Positions 44,901-55,900 of a stretch of 62,257 nt of DNA are shown in pieces. Source of the stretch: a virus (Duplodnaviria > Caudoviricetes); the IMG/VR virus record IMGVR_UViG_3300020156_000030, positions 1 to 62,257 of that record. One strand, written 5' to 3'. Each line of letters starts with the position of its first letter. Position 1 is the first letter of the stretch. The notes below the pieces were generated by a model. The model searched no databases, was not told the DNA's origin, and saw only the letters and a list, made by a program, of their open reading frames with translations. The translations under genes were made by a program, and so were the position numbers.

Positions 44901-44939
44901 CCCACCCACCCCACTATAAGCCGTAACCGGAGAAGAGCA

Positions 44940-46124
44940 GTGAACGCATTGATCCCTCAGAATTTTGGCCCTGTGGCCTCGGTTTTCCAATCCCAGCCCA
45001 TACAGGACGACCTGTCGGCGGGCATCGCCACGTCCTTCGGCATCGTCGGGTATCGTGGCAAGGTGTGGAACATCCGCCATCGGGGTATCGAAACCCCTCT
45101 CATGCGCGAGGATGGCGACGGGCCGCGTGGCTCGATCGAGGTGGTGATCATCAAGGCACCCCCCGTGGTGTCGAAGATTTTCTACGCATCTGGATGGGTC
45201 GAGGGCAGCTCCGCCCCTCCCGACTGCTACTCGCTGAACGGCATCCGCCCGGAGCCGAACTCGAAGGCGCTCCAGTCGCCGGCGTGCGGCACCTGCCAGC
45301 ACAATCAGTGGGGCTCGCGCATTACCCCGGCGGGTAAGGCCGGCAAAGCTTGCGCGGACTCCAAGCGCTTGGCTGTCGTGCCTCTGCAGGACATCGCCAA
45401 CGAGGTGCTCGGTGGGCCGATGCTCCTCCGTGTTCCGGCGGCATCGCTGCAGGACCTCGCCGTATATGGTCAGAAGATGATGGCCATGGGGTTCCCCTAC
45501 TACGCGATCGGCACGCGCATTTCCTTCGACCCTGCGGAGAGCTATCCGAAGTTCATCTTCAACGCGATCCGCCCCCTCTCGGAGGAGGAAGCACGCGCAG
45601 TGGTGGCCCACCAGCAGGGGCATCAGGTGGACCGCATCCTCGGGCAGGCGGTCGAATACGCGGATGAAGTGGCTCAGCCGCAGGCCGCACAGCAGGTGTT
45701 CGAGCAGCCGGTGCAGGCGACCCAGATGGCGTCGGCGTTCCGGCAGCCCGAGCAGGTGGCACCCCAGCAGGCGGCAGCCCAGCAGGCAGCTCCGGTCCAG
45801 CAGGCAGCTCCGATCCAGCAGGCAGCTCCGGTCCAGCGGACCGGCTTTGGCACCCCGGCTCCGGCCAAGCAGGAGCCCGCCCAGCCCCAACAGCAGGCGG
45901 CACCCCAGCAGGCGGCACCCCAGACCCGCAACATCGGTGAGGTCACGAAGGCGGACGTGCCTGCGTTCATGGGTGGCACGAGCGGTCAGGTCATCGACCA
46001 TGACCCGGTTACCGGCGAGGTAACCGACACCGTGCAGGCTCAGGACGGCGGCGAGGAGCAGCAGCCTCAAGGCGACTTCGAGGCTGATCTGGACGCGCAG
46101 CTCAGCGCGCTCCTCGGCAGCTAA
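44940..46124 (+). CDS. Putative ssDNA-binding/annealing protein
   Basis: PDCYS..G, C..C..NQWGS, GKAC...RLAV and LRVPAASL motifs; Gln/Ala-rich linker and acidic tail. Confidence 0.6.
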   Translation: MNALIPQNFGPVASVFQSQPIQDDLSAGIATSFGIVGYRGKVWNIRHRGIETPLMREDGDGPRGSIEVVIIKAPPVVSKIFYASGWVEGSSAPPDCYSLNGIRPEPNSKALQSPACGTCQHNQWGSRITPAGKAGKACADSKRLAVVPLQDIANEVLGGPMLLRVPAASLQDLAVYGQKMMAMGFPYYAIGTRISFDPAESYPKFIFNAIRPLSEEEARAVVAHQQGHQVDRILGQAVEYADEVAQPQAAQQVFEQPVQATQMASAFRQPEQVAPQQAAAQQAAPVQQAAPIQQAAPVQRTGFGTPAPAKQEPAQPQQQAAPQQAAPQTRNIGEVTKADVPAFMGGTSGQVIDHDPVTGEVTDTVQAQDGGEEQQPQGDFEADLDAQLSALLGS

Positions 46125-46130
46125 GACCAC

Positions 46131-46158
46131 CGGGCCGGGTAACCCCCGGCCCGTATTC
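46131..46158 (+). terminator. Hairpin after the SSB-like gene
   Basis: CGGGCCGGG taacc CCCGGCCCG TATT. Confidence 0.45.
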
Positions 46159-46183
46159 CCCCCACACGGTCAAGCGGCTGATC

Positions 46184-49102
46184 ATGATAGACATGCACGA
46201 ACAGGTGCAGAAGTATCTGTCCCGGGTTCTCCCCGAGGTGGGAGAGGACAGCTACATCAACGTGCACTGGAGCTTCAAAGGGCGCGAAGACAAGAAGTTC
46301 TGGACCGGCCGGGCAACCAAGTCGATCCCTGACGCTATCAGCGCCGTAGCCTTCGCCCTCAAGGGAGCGGACACGCTAGACATCTACGCCTGCATGAGTT
46401 TGCAGAGGGAGGCCGAGAAGGTGCAGTCCGCTCGCGGCTTCCCCTACCTGAAGGCGGTCCGCAACCAGAACAACGTCGTATCTCTGAAGAGCCTCTTCCT
46501 CGACATCGACTACTTCAAGGGGGGCATGGCGGGATACGAGAGCCCGGCTGAAGCGACCAAGGCGCTCGCCGAGTTCCTCCAGCACACCTCCATGCCGAAG
46601 CCCAGCCTGATGGTTCAATCCGGCGGCGGGCTGCACGTCTACTGGACGCTCGACCGCGCACTCAGCAGGGACGAATGGGAACCGCTGGCGTTCGCGTTGG
46701 CTGAGGCAACCAAGAAGCACGGGCTCAAGTGCGACACCCAGTGCACGATCGACAGCGCCCGCATCCTGCGCATCCCCGGCACCTTCAACCGCAAGCAGAA
46801 GCCGGGCCGCCCGGTCAAACTTGTCGCCCCGGAGGCCCGCGTCGAATACAAGGTGGAGGAGCTCGACGCGCTCCTTGCGCCCTACAAGACCATCGTGCCC
46901 CGGCGCAACGAGAACGGCTCCATGCCGATCTCCGACCTTGCGGCGGGCATCATCAACGAGCACCCGCCCATCGACGCCAAGGGCGTGATACCGGAGTGTG
47001 GTTTCATCGCTACGGCGGTTACCACCGGAGGTAAGGACTACACCAACCCGCTGTGGAACCTGACGACGCTCGCAGCGACGTTCATGCAGAACAGCCGCCT
47101 CATGGCGCACCTGATGGCCCGCAAGCACCCGGGATACACCCGGGAGAGCACGGACGAGCTGTTCGACCGCAAGGAACGGGAGAAGTCAGAGAAAGGGCTA
47201 GGCTGGCCGTCCTGCGCCACGATCAGCGCCTCGGGCTGCACGGCTTGCCAGACATGCCCGCACCTGTCCAAGGGCAAGTCCCCGTTCCACCATAGCCGTG
47301 CGGTCCCCCCGAAGGCTCAGGCGCAACAGCTGGCTCTTCTCCCGGCCCAGCCGGGCATCACCAACAACAGCGACCTCCCTAAGGGCTATACCCGCACGCC
47401 GAACGGCATAGTGTGCAAGCGGGTGACCTTGGAAGACGGGACCTCATCCGATGTCCCGATCTCGGCGTTTCCAATGACGAGGCCGTGGCTCCAGAGGGAC
47501 CCGTGGGCGCTCAGCTGGATGACGGTGACTGATCGCCCTCAGGTCATCACGATCCCCACGGAGTGCATCGGCACCAACGAAATGCGCAAGAAGCTGCAAG
47601 AGCAGGGCTTCATGCTGCATGACACCGAGGGTAAGGGAATAGGAGATTTTCTGGTGAGTTGGGTTAAGCAGCTGCGGGAGACCAAGGACGCCGTTGTGTC
47701 CACCGAGCCGTTCGGCTGGCAGGTGGAACGGGGCAAGTTGCAGGGGTTCGTGTTCGGAGGATCGCTATGGACGCCCAACGGCACGCGCATAGCACCTTCG
47801 CCGGACCCCGTAACGGCGAACCAGTATACCCCGCAAGGTAACATCTCCCCATGGTGGGACGCGGCGCACCTGATCACCAATCAGAAGCGCCCGGCCCTAG
47901 ACGCTATCCTCGCTTCCGCGTTCGCGGCACCGCTGGTGCGGTTCACCGGCGAGAGCGGCCTGCTGATGAGCACCTATTCCAAGGAGAGCGGCATCGGCAA
48001 GAGCACGGCGACCAAGGTGGCGCAGGCGGTGTGGGGCGACCCGATCCGTGGCCGGCAGTCGCTCACCGATACGTCCAACTCCGTCATCAACAAGATCGGA
48101 GAGATGCGAAGCCTGCCCCTCTACTGGGACGAGCTCAAGACGGAAGAGGACACCCGGCGCTTCGTCACCATGGTGTTCCAGCTGTCGCAGGGTAAGGAAA
48201 AATCCCGCCTGCAGGCCAACGCGAAGCAGCGGCAGACAGGCACGTGGCAGACCCTCATGGTCAGCGCGTCGAACGAGAGCCTGCTCGACTACGTGACCCA
48301 GCGGACCCGTATGACCACCGCCGGCCTCATGCGCGTCTTCGAGTTCACGATCGAGCCGGGGACGCAGGGGCAGCTGTCCGTGTCGGACGCCAACCGGGTT
48401 ATCTCCCGGCTCAACGACAACTACGGGCACGCTGGACTGGCCTACGCCACCTTCCTCGGAAACGAGTTCGCCCGCATCGACAAGGAGGTGGGGGCCTTCT
48501 TCAAGGAGCTCGAAGTCGAGGTGCAGGCCAAGGTCGAAGAGCGGTTCTGGATTTCGCTCATCACCGTCATCTGCATGGGGGCGCGATACGCCAACGAGCT
48601 GAAGATGACCCAGATCGACGAGGCGGCGCTCAAGGCGTTCATGATTACCTCACTGGGTAAGATGCGTGCCGAGCGCAACGACCAGCCGGTGGACATGGCG
48701 GACCAGTTCAACGTGGCCAACATCCTCTCCCAGTTCCTCAACTCGTCGCGGGCGAGGCACACGCTGGTCACCAACCGCATCATCATCGGACCGGGAAAAC
48801 CCCAGCCGGGTGCCATCAAGATGCTCAACGACACCACCAAGATCGACGGGCTCTATGTTCATATCGGCCGCGACGACAAGCTGCTACGGGTGAGCTCCAC
48901 CTACCTCAGCGAGTGGCTGCAGGAGAAGGGTCTGTCCCGCCACATGTTCATGGAGGCGCTGAAGGATAAGTTCGCCATGAAGCAGCTGCGTGGCCGTCTG
49001 GGCGGCGGTACGCCGCTGTCCAACATGACGGAATACCTGCTGGAGATCGACCTAGCCGGCAGCCCTCACAACTTCCTCGATGACCTTGGAGGCACACCAT
49101 GA
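46184..49102 (+). CDS. Primase-helicase (RepB-like primase, Zn motif, DUF927-type helicase)
   Basis: FLDID, SGGGLHVYW, D.ARILRIPGT.N, C...C..CPH, Walker A SGIGKST and Walker B LYWDE. Confidence 0.85.
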   Translation: MIDMHEQVQKYLSRVLPEVGEDSYINVHWSFKGREDKKFWTGRATKSIPDAISAVAFALKGADTLDIYACMSLQREAEKVQSARGFPYLKAVRNQNNVVSLKSLFLDIDYFKGGMAGYESPAEATKALAEFLQHTSMPKPSLMVQSGGGLHVYWTLDRALSRDEWEPLAFALAEATKKHGLKCDTQCTIDSARILRIPGTFNRKQKPGRPVKLVAPEARVEYKVEELDALLAPYKTIVPRRNENGSMPISDLAAGIINEHPPIDAKGVIPECGFIATAVTTGGKDYTNPLWNLTTLAATFMQNSRLMAHLMARKHPGYTRESTDELFDRKEREKSEKGLGWPSCATISASGCTACQTCPHLSKGKSPFHHSRAVPPKAQAQQLALLPAQPGITNNSDLPKGYTRTPNGIVCKRVTLEDGTSSDVPISAFPMTRPWLQRDPWALSWMTVTDRPQVITIPTECIGTNEMRKKLQEQGFMLHDTEGKGIGDFLVSWVKQLRETKDAVVSTEPFGWQVERGKLQGFVFGGSLWTPNGTRIAPSPDPVTANQYTPQGNISPWWDAAHLITNQKRPALDAILASAFAAPLVRFTGESGLLMSTYSKESGIGKSTATKVAQAVWGDPIRGRQSLTDTSNSVINKIGEMRSLPLYWDELKTEEDTRRFVTMVFQLSQGKEKSRLQANAKQRQTGTWQTLMVSASNESLLDYVTQRTRMTTAGLMRVFEFTIEPGTQGQLSVSDANRVISRLNDNYGHAGLAYATFLGNEFARIDKEVGAFFKELEVEVQAKVEERFWISLITVICMGARYANELKMTQIDEAALKAFMITSLGKMRAERNDQPVDMADQFNVANILSQFLNSSRARHTLVTNRIIIGPGKPQPGAIKMLNDTTKIDGLYVHIGRDDKLLRVSSTYLSEWLQEKGLSRHMFMEALKDKFAMKQLRGRLGGGTPLSNMTEYLLEIDLAGSPHNFLDDLGGTP

Positions 49103-49449
49103 ACGACACCGCCCGGGAGGTGCTCTACAATGAGCTCCGCAGGCGACGAGAGGAGCTGCACAAGGAAGAGCAGCGAGTGAGGGATGCCAAGGCGCATCTG
49201 GAGGAGGCGGAGAACACCCATCTCCACATCAAGAACATCACCTTGGACCTCCTAGCCGCCATTGGCGAGAAGTGGGTCGCCGATCGGGACAAGGAGGTGC
49301 CACCTCCGGGTAATCCCTTCGTGGGCGGGGTTATTACACGACAGCCCAACTACATGCCGGAGGATCAGCTCAAGGACATGGTGCAGTGGAAGGAACGAGG
49401 CGTCAATCTGTCGGGGCTTCTACAGGAGCTTAATCGGGGAGCTGGATGA
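49099..49449 (+). CDS. Hypothetical coiled-coil protein
   Basis: ATGA overlap and GGAGG RBS; last plus-strand gene. Confidence 0.65.
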   Translation: MNDTAREVLYNELRRRREELHKEEQRVRDAKAHLEEAENTHLHIKNITLDLLAAIGEKWVADRDKEVPPPGNPFVGGVITRQPNYMPEDQLKDMVQWKERGVNLSGLLQELNRGAG

Positions 49450-49603
49450 GGGTTACCTTCAGGGGTAAGGGTCGGGGGTGTCTTCCATTGCAGGAGGCAC
49501 CCGGTCCTCATGCAGGCTAGGGCTGTCCCACCAGATCATGGCGTAGACCATCAGAGGGGCGCTAATCAGAAGCGCCCCCGCCAGCCACCACGCCCACCAC
49601 GGG

Positions 49604-49882
49604 TCATACTTCGGACCGCCACGCACGGTTCTTGCTCGCGTCCCTGACACGCAGGTTCTTGCGGGAGTTGCCGCCGCCATGGCGCAGCGGCTTGATGTGG
49701 TCCACGTCCTTGCCGTCGCCCTTCTTGACCCTGCCCTCCTCCATCATCTCACGACGGGCAGCGTTGTTCTTCACGCGCTTGGCGACGTTCTCGGGCCGCG
49801 CGTTGTAACCCTTCACCTGCCGACGGATTTGCGTCGGCGTTCGATGAGACTTGGGGTCCCTCTTCTCCCCGCCCTCGGCCAT
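49604..49882 (-). CDS. HNH endonuclease
   Basis: KGDGKDVDHIKPLRHGGGNSRKNLRV....NR; GGAGG RBS before ATG 49882. Confidence 0.8.
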   Translation of the reverse strand: MAEGGEKRDPKSHRTPTQIRRQVKGYNARPENVAKRVKNNAARREMMEEGRVKKGDGKDVDHIKPLRHGGGNSRKNLRVRDASKNRAWRSEV

Positions 49883-49950
49883 TACAGCCTCCCGACGAGG
49901 ACGAAGATCAGGATGATGATCAGGATAACCCAGAGGAAATGGTAAGGCAT
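49882..49950 (-). CDS. 22-aa hydrophobic peptide
   Basis: MPYHFLWVILIIILIFVLVGRL; GAGGTG RBS; stop overlaps the HNH start. Confidence 0.5.
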   Translation of the reverse strand: MPYHFLWVILIIILIFVLVGRL

Positions 49951-49955
49951 TTTGG

Positions 49956-52900
49956 TCACCTCGTGTTGTAGACGCCTTCGGTGCTCTCATATAGAGCCCG
50001 ATCCCGGCGAGTGACGCGGAAGCCGTCCTTGACCACCCCGCCCTTCTCCTCACTCTGACGGCGACGGATGTAACGGTCAAGCTCCGAGCGGGTGAGCCGC
50101 TCATCCGGCTTACGCCCCCGGTTCCACTTCTCGATCTGCCCCCACAGTTTGGTGCGCTCGTTCGGTGCAGCGCCAGCCCACAGGTGCAGATAGTCGTTGC
50201 GCTGGGAAGCCTCCCGCTTCTGCGCGCCGTAGAAATAGGAGCGGCGCTCGTTGCTCTCGGCCTCCCGCCCCGGCGTGAAGCCGAACGACCGGATCAGGGC
50301 CTCCTGCAGGGTGTAGGGGTCCATGGTCTGGTAGCCAGCAGCCGACTTCCTGCCCTCCGTCATGCGGCGGTAGGCGGCGATGCTGTTGGACGCGAACTTC
50401 AGCGGCGACAGCTTCTCCACGCCTTGAGCGATGTTGCCCGCCCACAGGTCATTGGTGCCCGACACCCAGTCCATCATCATGGAGGTGGGGGCACCGCCGA
50501 CCAGCTCTCCGAAGTAGGCCATGATGTCGTGCGAGTCGTTGGAACGCGGCTCGCCGAACGTCAGCACGTCGGCAAGACCGACGCGGCTGGACAGGTCAAA
50601 GGCCATGCCGCCCGGAAGCAGCCGGGTTACCCCACGGGTAAGCGCTTCGCCGGCAGTAGGGCCGATCAGCTCGGAAGCGATCTGGCGCTGCCAGTGCTCG
50701 ACATCAGACCACGTGAGCTCGGTTACGCCAACCGCGTTCATCCCCATCACGAGGAACTTGAATGGTTCAGTGGGTAGGCCAAGGGTGCCTGCAACGGTGA
50801 CGTGCATAGCCGTCATGAAGCCCAGCGTCTTCAGCGCCTCGGCACGGTCGCCCGGATTGGCGTTGCGTATCGCCCGCCCGATCTGGTGCCCCATGAAGCC
50901 ATAGACGAGCTGGCCATACTTCTTGAACTGCAGCGTGAGCCGGCCAAGCGGATGGTTGAAAATCGGCGGCGCATCGGTGTGGGAGTATAGCCCCTGCGTG
51001 AGGTTGGTAGCCTCCTGCGCGAAGATGGCGGCCGCCTCCCTGTCACCCCCGTTGCGCGCCATTTCCAGCCGGAACGCGGTAAGCGCCGACACGGTGCGAT
51101 TGATGGCCTCAACGGCACGCGGCATTTGCCGGCCGATACCCTGAAGGTAATTGATGCCTCGGTCGAGGCCCCCAACGACACCGCCCCGCATCTCTATGAG
51201 GCGGCCGATCTCAAGCCCGGCGTCGATACCCAGCGACCCGCGATCGTGGAGGTAGTCTAGCATCCACCGCTCGTCCGCGTTCTTTACGCGATCCCTGATC
51301 TCCTCGAAGAACGTGCCACCCTCTTCGGACGGGCGGCGAACCTTGTTCACCGTCGCACGCAGGCCAGAGCCGGCCGTCGCAAGGCCCCCGATGTCGTCGT
51401 AGACCTTGAACATCATGGAAGCAGCGCGCCCCGCACCGAAGCGAGCGGCGAGCCCCGGATAGGTCAGCATCGCCGGCTGCAGCGCGTTGACCACCGAATA
51501 GGCGGGCGAGAAGAGGAAGTCGAGGAAGGCAAGGGAGGTTACCCGGTGGGTAACTTCGCCCACCATGCCAAGGTCCTCGATCGCCGCCGTCTGGTAGGTC
51601 CGCGACTCCACCTCGTTGGCGATGGCGCTGCGCCCCATGGAGTTGCGCTTGCCGAAGTCGCCGTCCGCCGGATGGTCGGCCGCCTCGCGCATCTGCTTCA
51701 GCGCTTCGTCGAGCTCCGGCTGCGTCTCCAGCTTGGCAAGATAGCCAGCGGTGCTCTTGGCATACTCGTCCATGTTCCGCGTCAGGTCGCGGCTGGCACC
51801 TTCGACGTAGTTGCGCGGCAGGCGCTTGCTCTGGATACGGGTCGCCCCCATGAGGCGGATGCTCGTCTCCCGAAGAGCCTGCACCAGCTCATTCTTCTGT
51901 CCGGCGGTCAGGTCCTTGTAGCCGGAACGGCGCTCAAGCCCCTGCTGCAGTCGCAGCATCTGGCGAGACACCATGTCGGCCTGACGATCGCCCGGATCAT
52001 ACCGACGCTCGGCCGCTCCCATGACCTCGGAGAACACGGTCCCGACTTGGCGCTCCAGCTCCCGCGCGGCCGCAAGTGCCTCGCGTGCGGAGTCGAAGAA
52101 CTCCACGTGGCGATCCTGCACGGTCACACGGAAACGCTGTTCGGCGTCCATGTCCTGCTTGCTGATGCGGATCGTGTTGCCCTTCTCGTCGATGACCCAC
52201 GGCTCGCCCGTGGTCTTGTCCACCCACCGGCTGCGGATAGCCGGGCGGGTCTCCTGCTGACGAGCGAAATCGAGCGCGGCCTTGCGGTCATCGAACTCGA
52301 ACACGTTGTCCTCGATCTGGCGCAGGAAGCCCTTGGTGCCGGCGGCCGGGGGTCGGATGATGTAGCGGGCGCGCACGACATGGCTGCCCCGACGCATCAG
52401 GGGCACATAAGGCCCCTTGATCTTGGCCAGCTCCCCGGCTTCCTCGATCAGGTCGTATACTTCCCCCAGAAGCTCCTTGTCCGCATCCGTCGCCGTCCCT
52501 TCGTGCAGGCGCACAGCCAGAGGATCGGCCACGGCCGGGTCAGTGATACCAGCCGCCTTCAGGATGCGGTTACGGATCAGCCCCAGAGACATCTGGTTTT
52601 GCTGCTGGGTGAAGAAGTCGATGCTCTCCCTCCGAAGGTCCTTCAGGTCCTGCGGGAGGGCCGCCCACCGGCGGGCGAGGTCGGCGTGCTGTGCCTTCGG
52701 CCACGCCCCATGCAGCGTGTCCTTACCCAGATGGGTGTTCTGGTCGAGCGGGCGGTCAGCGAAAACGCCTGCCATGGTTTCGTCGTGCAGGAGGGAGGCG
52801 AACTCCTGCCACTGCGTGACCGGCCTGCCCTGAGCATCGTTACGGACCACCGTGTTGCGATACTGACGCTCGGCCAGATATAGCCTGTGGATGACCGGCT

Positions 52901-55900
52901 CGGATTGGCGCAGGAGCACCTCAGCGCGCTGCCGCGTCATCTCGATCAGGTCAGCCACCCGGCGCACCGGATTGTTACCCCCGAAGTAATCCTTCGCCAG
53001 CTGGGCGATCTGGTCCAGCGTGCGCAGGCGGAGGAGCCTCGGCGCTGCGGCCTGCTCCTGCATGTCAGGCTGCTGGAGAACACCCGGCAGGCGGCGGTTC
53101 AGCGTCTCGGGGATGAACGGGAGCACATCGGCACCGGGCGCTGCGGAGGTCTTGATGTATCCCTCACGCTGGCGGCGGATGGCTTCCACCAGACGGTTGC
53201 GCCGCTGGTCCGCCAGCATACGGTCCATATAGGTGGACTCGTCAGCCGGCAGCTTGTCGAGCATGGCGCGCTCGGTGAGCGAAATGGCCGCTTCGAGGGC
53301 GGTCGCACCCTTGGGCGGTAGGCCGAAGGCGCGGCGCAGGACATCCACGAAGGCGTCCCAAGTCGTGTATTTCCGCCACTCGCGAATGCCGAGCTGGCGA
53401 GCGAGCGTATCGGAAATCTGCACGTCCTTGAGGAAATTCTGGAAGGCCGCATTGGACATGGCCTCCGCGACGAGCTCATGCTCGTTCCTCAGCCCATACC
53501 ACTGGTTACCCGTGAGGTCGTTAATCCCTCCCGTATAGGACACGACATACTCACGCAGCGCCTCGATAGACGCGCTAAGCGCCGGGGTGTTGTTGATCAT
53601 CCGCGCGGTAGCTGCGTGGATTACCTCGTGGGTAAGCACGTGCATGGCACGGGCTTTCTTCTGGAACACCTCACCCGCAACAAAGATTGCATCCATCTTG
53701 GGGTGGTAAGCACCATCGGCCCGCGTATTGGCGATCCTCTCCATATCTGCGTAGGTTACAACGTAGACAGGAACATCGGGGACTGCGGCCATGAGCTTAG
53801 ACCGCAGAAGAGAAAAGAACGGATTATTGTAAACACCCTCGGCTGCTTCAAGAGTAGCGAACCTCTCAAAGGACTCCCGAGTGGTAAACTTTTCATAATA
53901 CCACAGGGGGTAGCCGTCTTCCAGTCTTATACTACCGGCGGGGTCCATGGCCATCCAGAAAGGAGCACCACGGGTAACCGCTTCTACAGGGTCCCACACC
54001 TCGGCCGGCAGAACCTCGTCGCTGGGAGCATCCGACTTGATGTCCTCCACAACCGCCTGATCGGTGTCTGCCCCTGCCTCCTTCTTCGTCGCCCCACGCT
54101 TGGCCAGCCAATCCTTGAGCTCCGGCAGGGTGACAACCCTGATGTCCTGCACGCGCTCGGCTGCACGCCCATCGCTGAACGCCCCCTCGTAGGCGTCCAT
54201 CACCTGCAGCATGTTCTTGAAGCCGACGAACACCTTGTGCTCATCGAACGCCTGCGTCTCTAGGCTGCGCTGATCCAGAATGACGGCGAAATCGCTCGTC
54301 AGGTCCCCGCCGATAAACACGTCAACCGGGTCGCCATCGACGCCTTCGGTGCCGAGAATGTGCCCGTAATGGGCGGGCATCCGAACTGCCCACTCGCTCC
54401 CATCGGGGGCACGCCCACTGCGCATTCCGCCTTTCGGCGTCTCAATGGCCATGCGGAGGCCAAGGGCATTCACGTGCCCTTTCTTGTAGTTGCCGGCGGC
54501 CTTCTGAGCCTCGGTCGGCTTGCGGTCCGTCTCCTTCGCCGCTGCCTTGACCTTCTGGTCAGGGGTTTTCTGGGCAGTGGGGTCACTGACCTTGGTAAAC
54601 ACCACGCCGCGCCGCGCCGCGCCCAGCAGCTGAGCATACGACCAAGTGGTCTCGGAACCGCCCGCGTCCCTGATGTGAACGTCGGAACTGGTTATGGAGC
54701 TGATCTTGTAGGGCTCACCGGCCTTGGAATAGCTGATGTCCCCGGAAGAGGTTACCCAATCCCCGGCCTTGGCACCCACGATTTTCTGAAGGCGCTCTAC
54801 ACGAGCATCCTTGGCAGCTTTTGCTTTGCTGACCCGTGCCTTAACCTCCTGCACCTTGGGGGTGACCTTAGGGGCAGGCTTACTTTCAGGGGTAACCGGC
54901 GTCTGGGGCGCAGGTTGGGGCGCAGGCTTAGGAGCGGGTTTGGCCCCCGCCACCTGAAGACCCATGGACGCAGCGATGCGGGCCTTCTCTTCATCAGAGA
55001 GAACCTTCACATCGGATGCCTTCTTGGCACGCACGACGCCATCGACAGTCTCGGTGCCATCATCAATGGTAACGCCTCGACGCCGACCAGACACCCGCGT
55101 CTCCACGTCTTCCTTGCCCACGATAGTGGGGTCCGGTCGCACAGTGGTTTCGTCTTCCAGCTTAGCCAGTGAACGGGTTCGCTGGCGATCTGCTTCGCCC
55201 TCAGGGTCTTCTACAGAAAGCTCTTCAGCCCTAGCCTCGTTACGGGCAGCTTCTTCTTCCGTCGCCGCGCCCATACCGGGGGCAGCCATTGTCTCGACAT
55301 CACCCTTGTAGCTGGACTTAACGGACGCGCCTTCAGCCCTACGCTCCGCGCGAGCGTCCTCCTCCCCGCCAGTGCGGATGTCCCACTCGCGCTTGACGAA
55401 GCGATCGAACGCTTCCTTGCCGGGCTTTTTCTTCTTGAGGAGATCGCGCGCCTCAACAAGGAGCTGCACCGCCCCGTTGTAATTCATCTCGGCATCAGTG
55501 TTCTCCTGAAGCCGGCCGGGGATAGTGATCCCCTGCTCCTTTGCGGCATCCACCAGACGGCGAGCACGCTGAAGGATATTGCCACGGGCAGCCTGAGCCT
55601 CGCCGCCGCGCGCAGCATAGTTCTGTTCCGACGGATCGGGCAGATGCAGCTCGATGACAGAAGCCGCCACCTCGTTGGTGCGCTTGCGCTCCTCCCGCTG
55701 CTTCTCACTACGGTTCTTGCCTTGGCGTTCAGGCTCGATGTTCTCCCGAAGAGCGACGTTGCCCTCCTCGTCCGTGGTGAGCATACCACGAGCACGACGG
55801 CGAGCCTCGGCGGTGGCTTCCGCCTGAAGCCGGCGGGCCTCCACGTCCTCGGGGCGCATACTCTCCAAGATGCGCCGGCCTTGCGGCCCAACGCGCGGAG

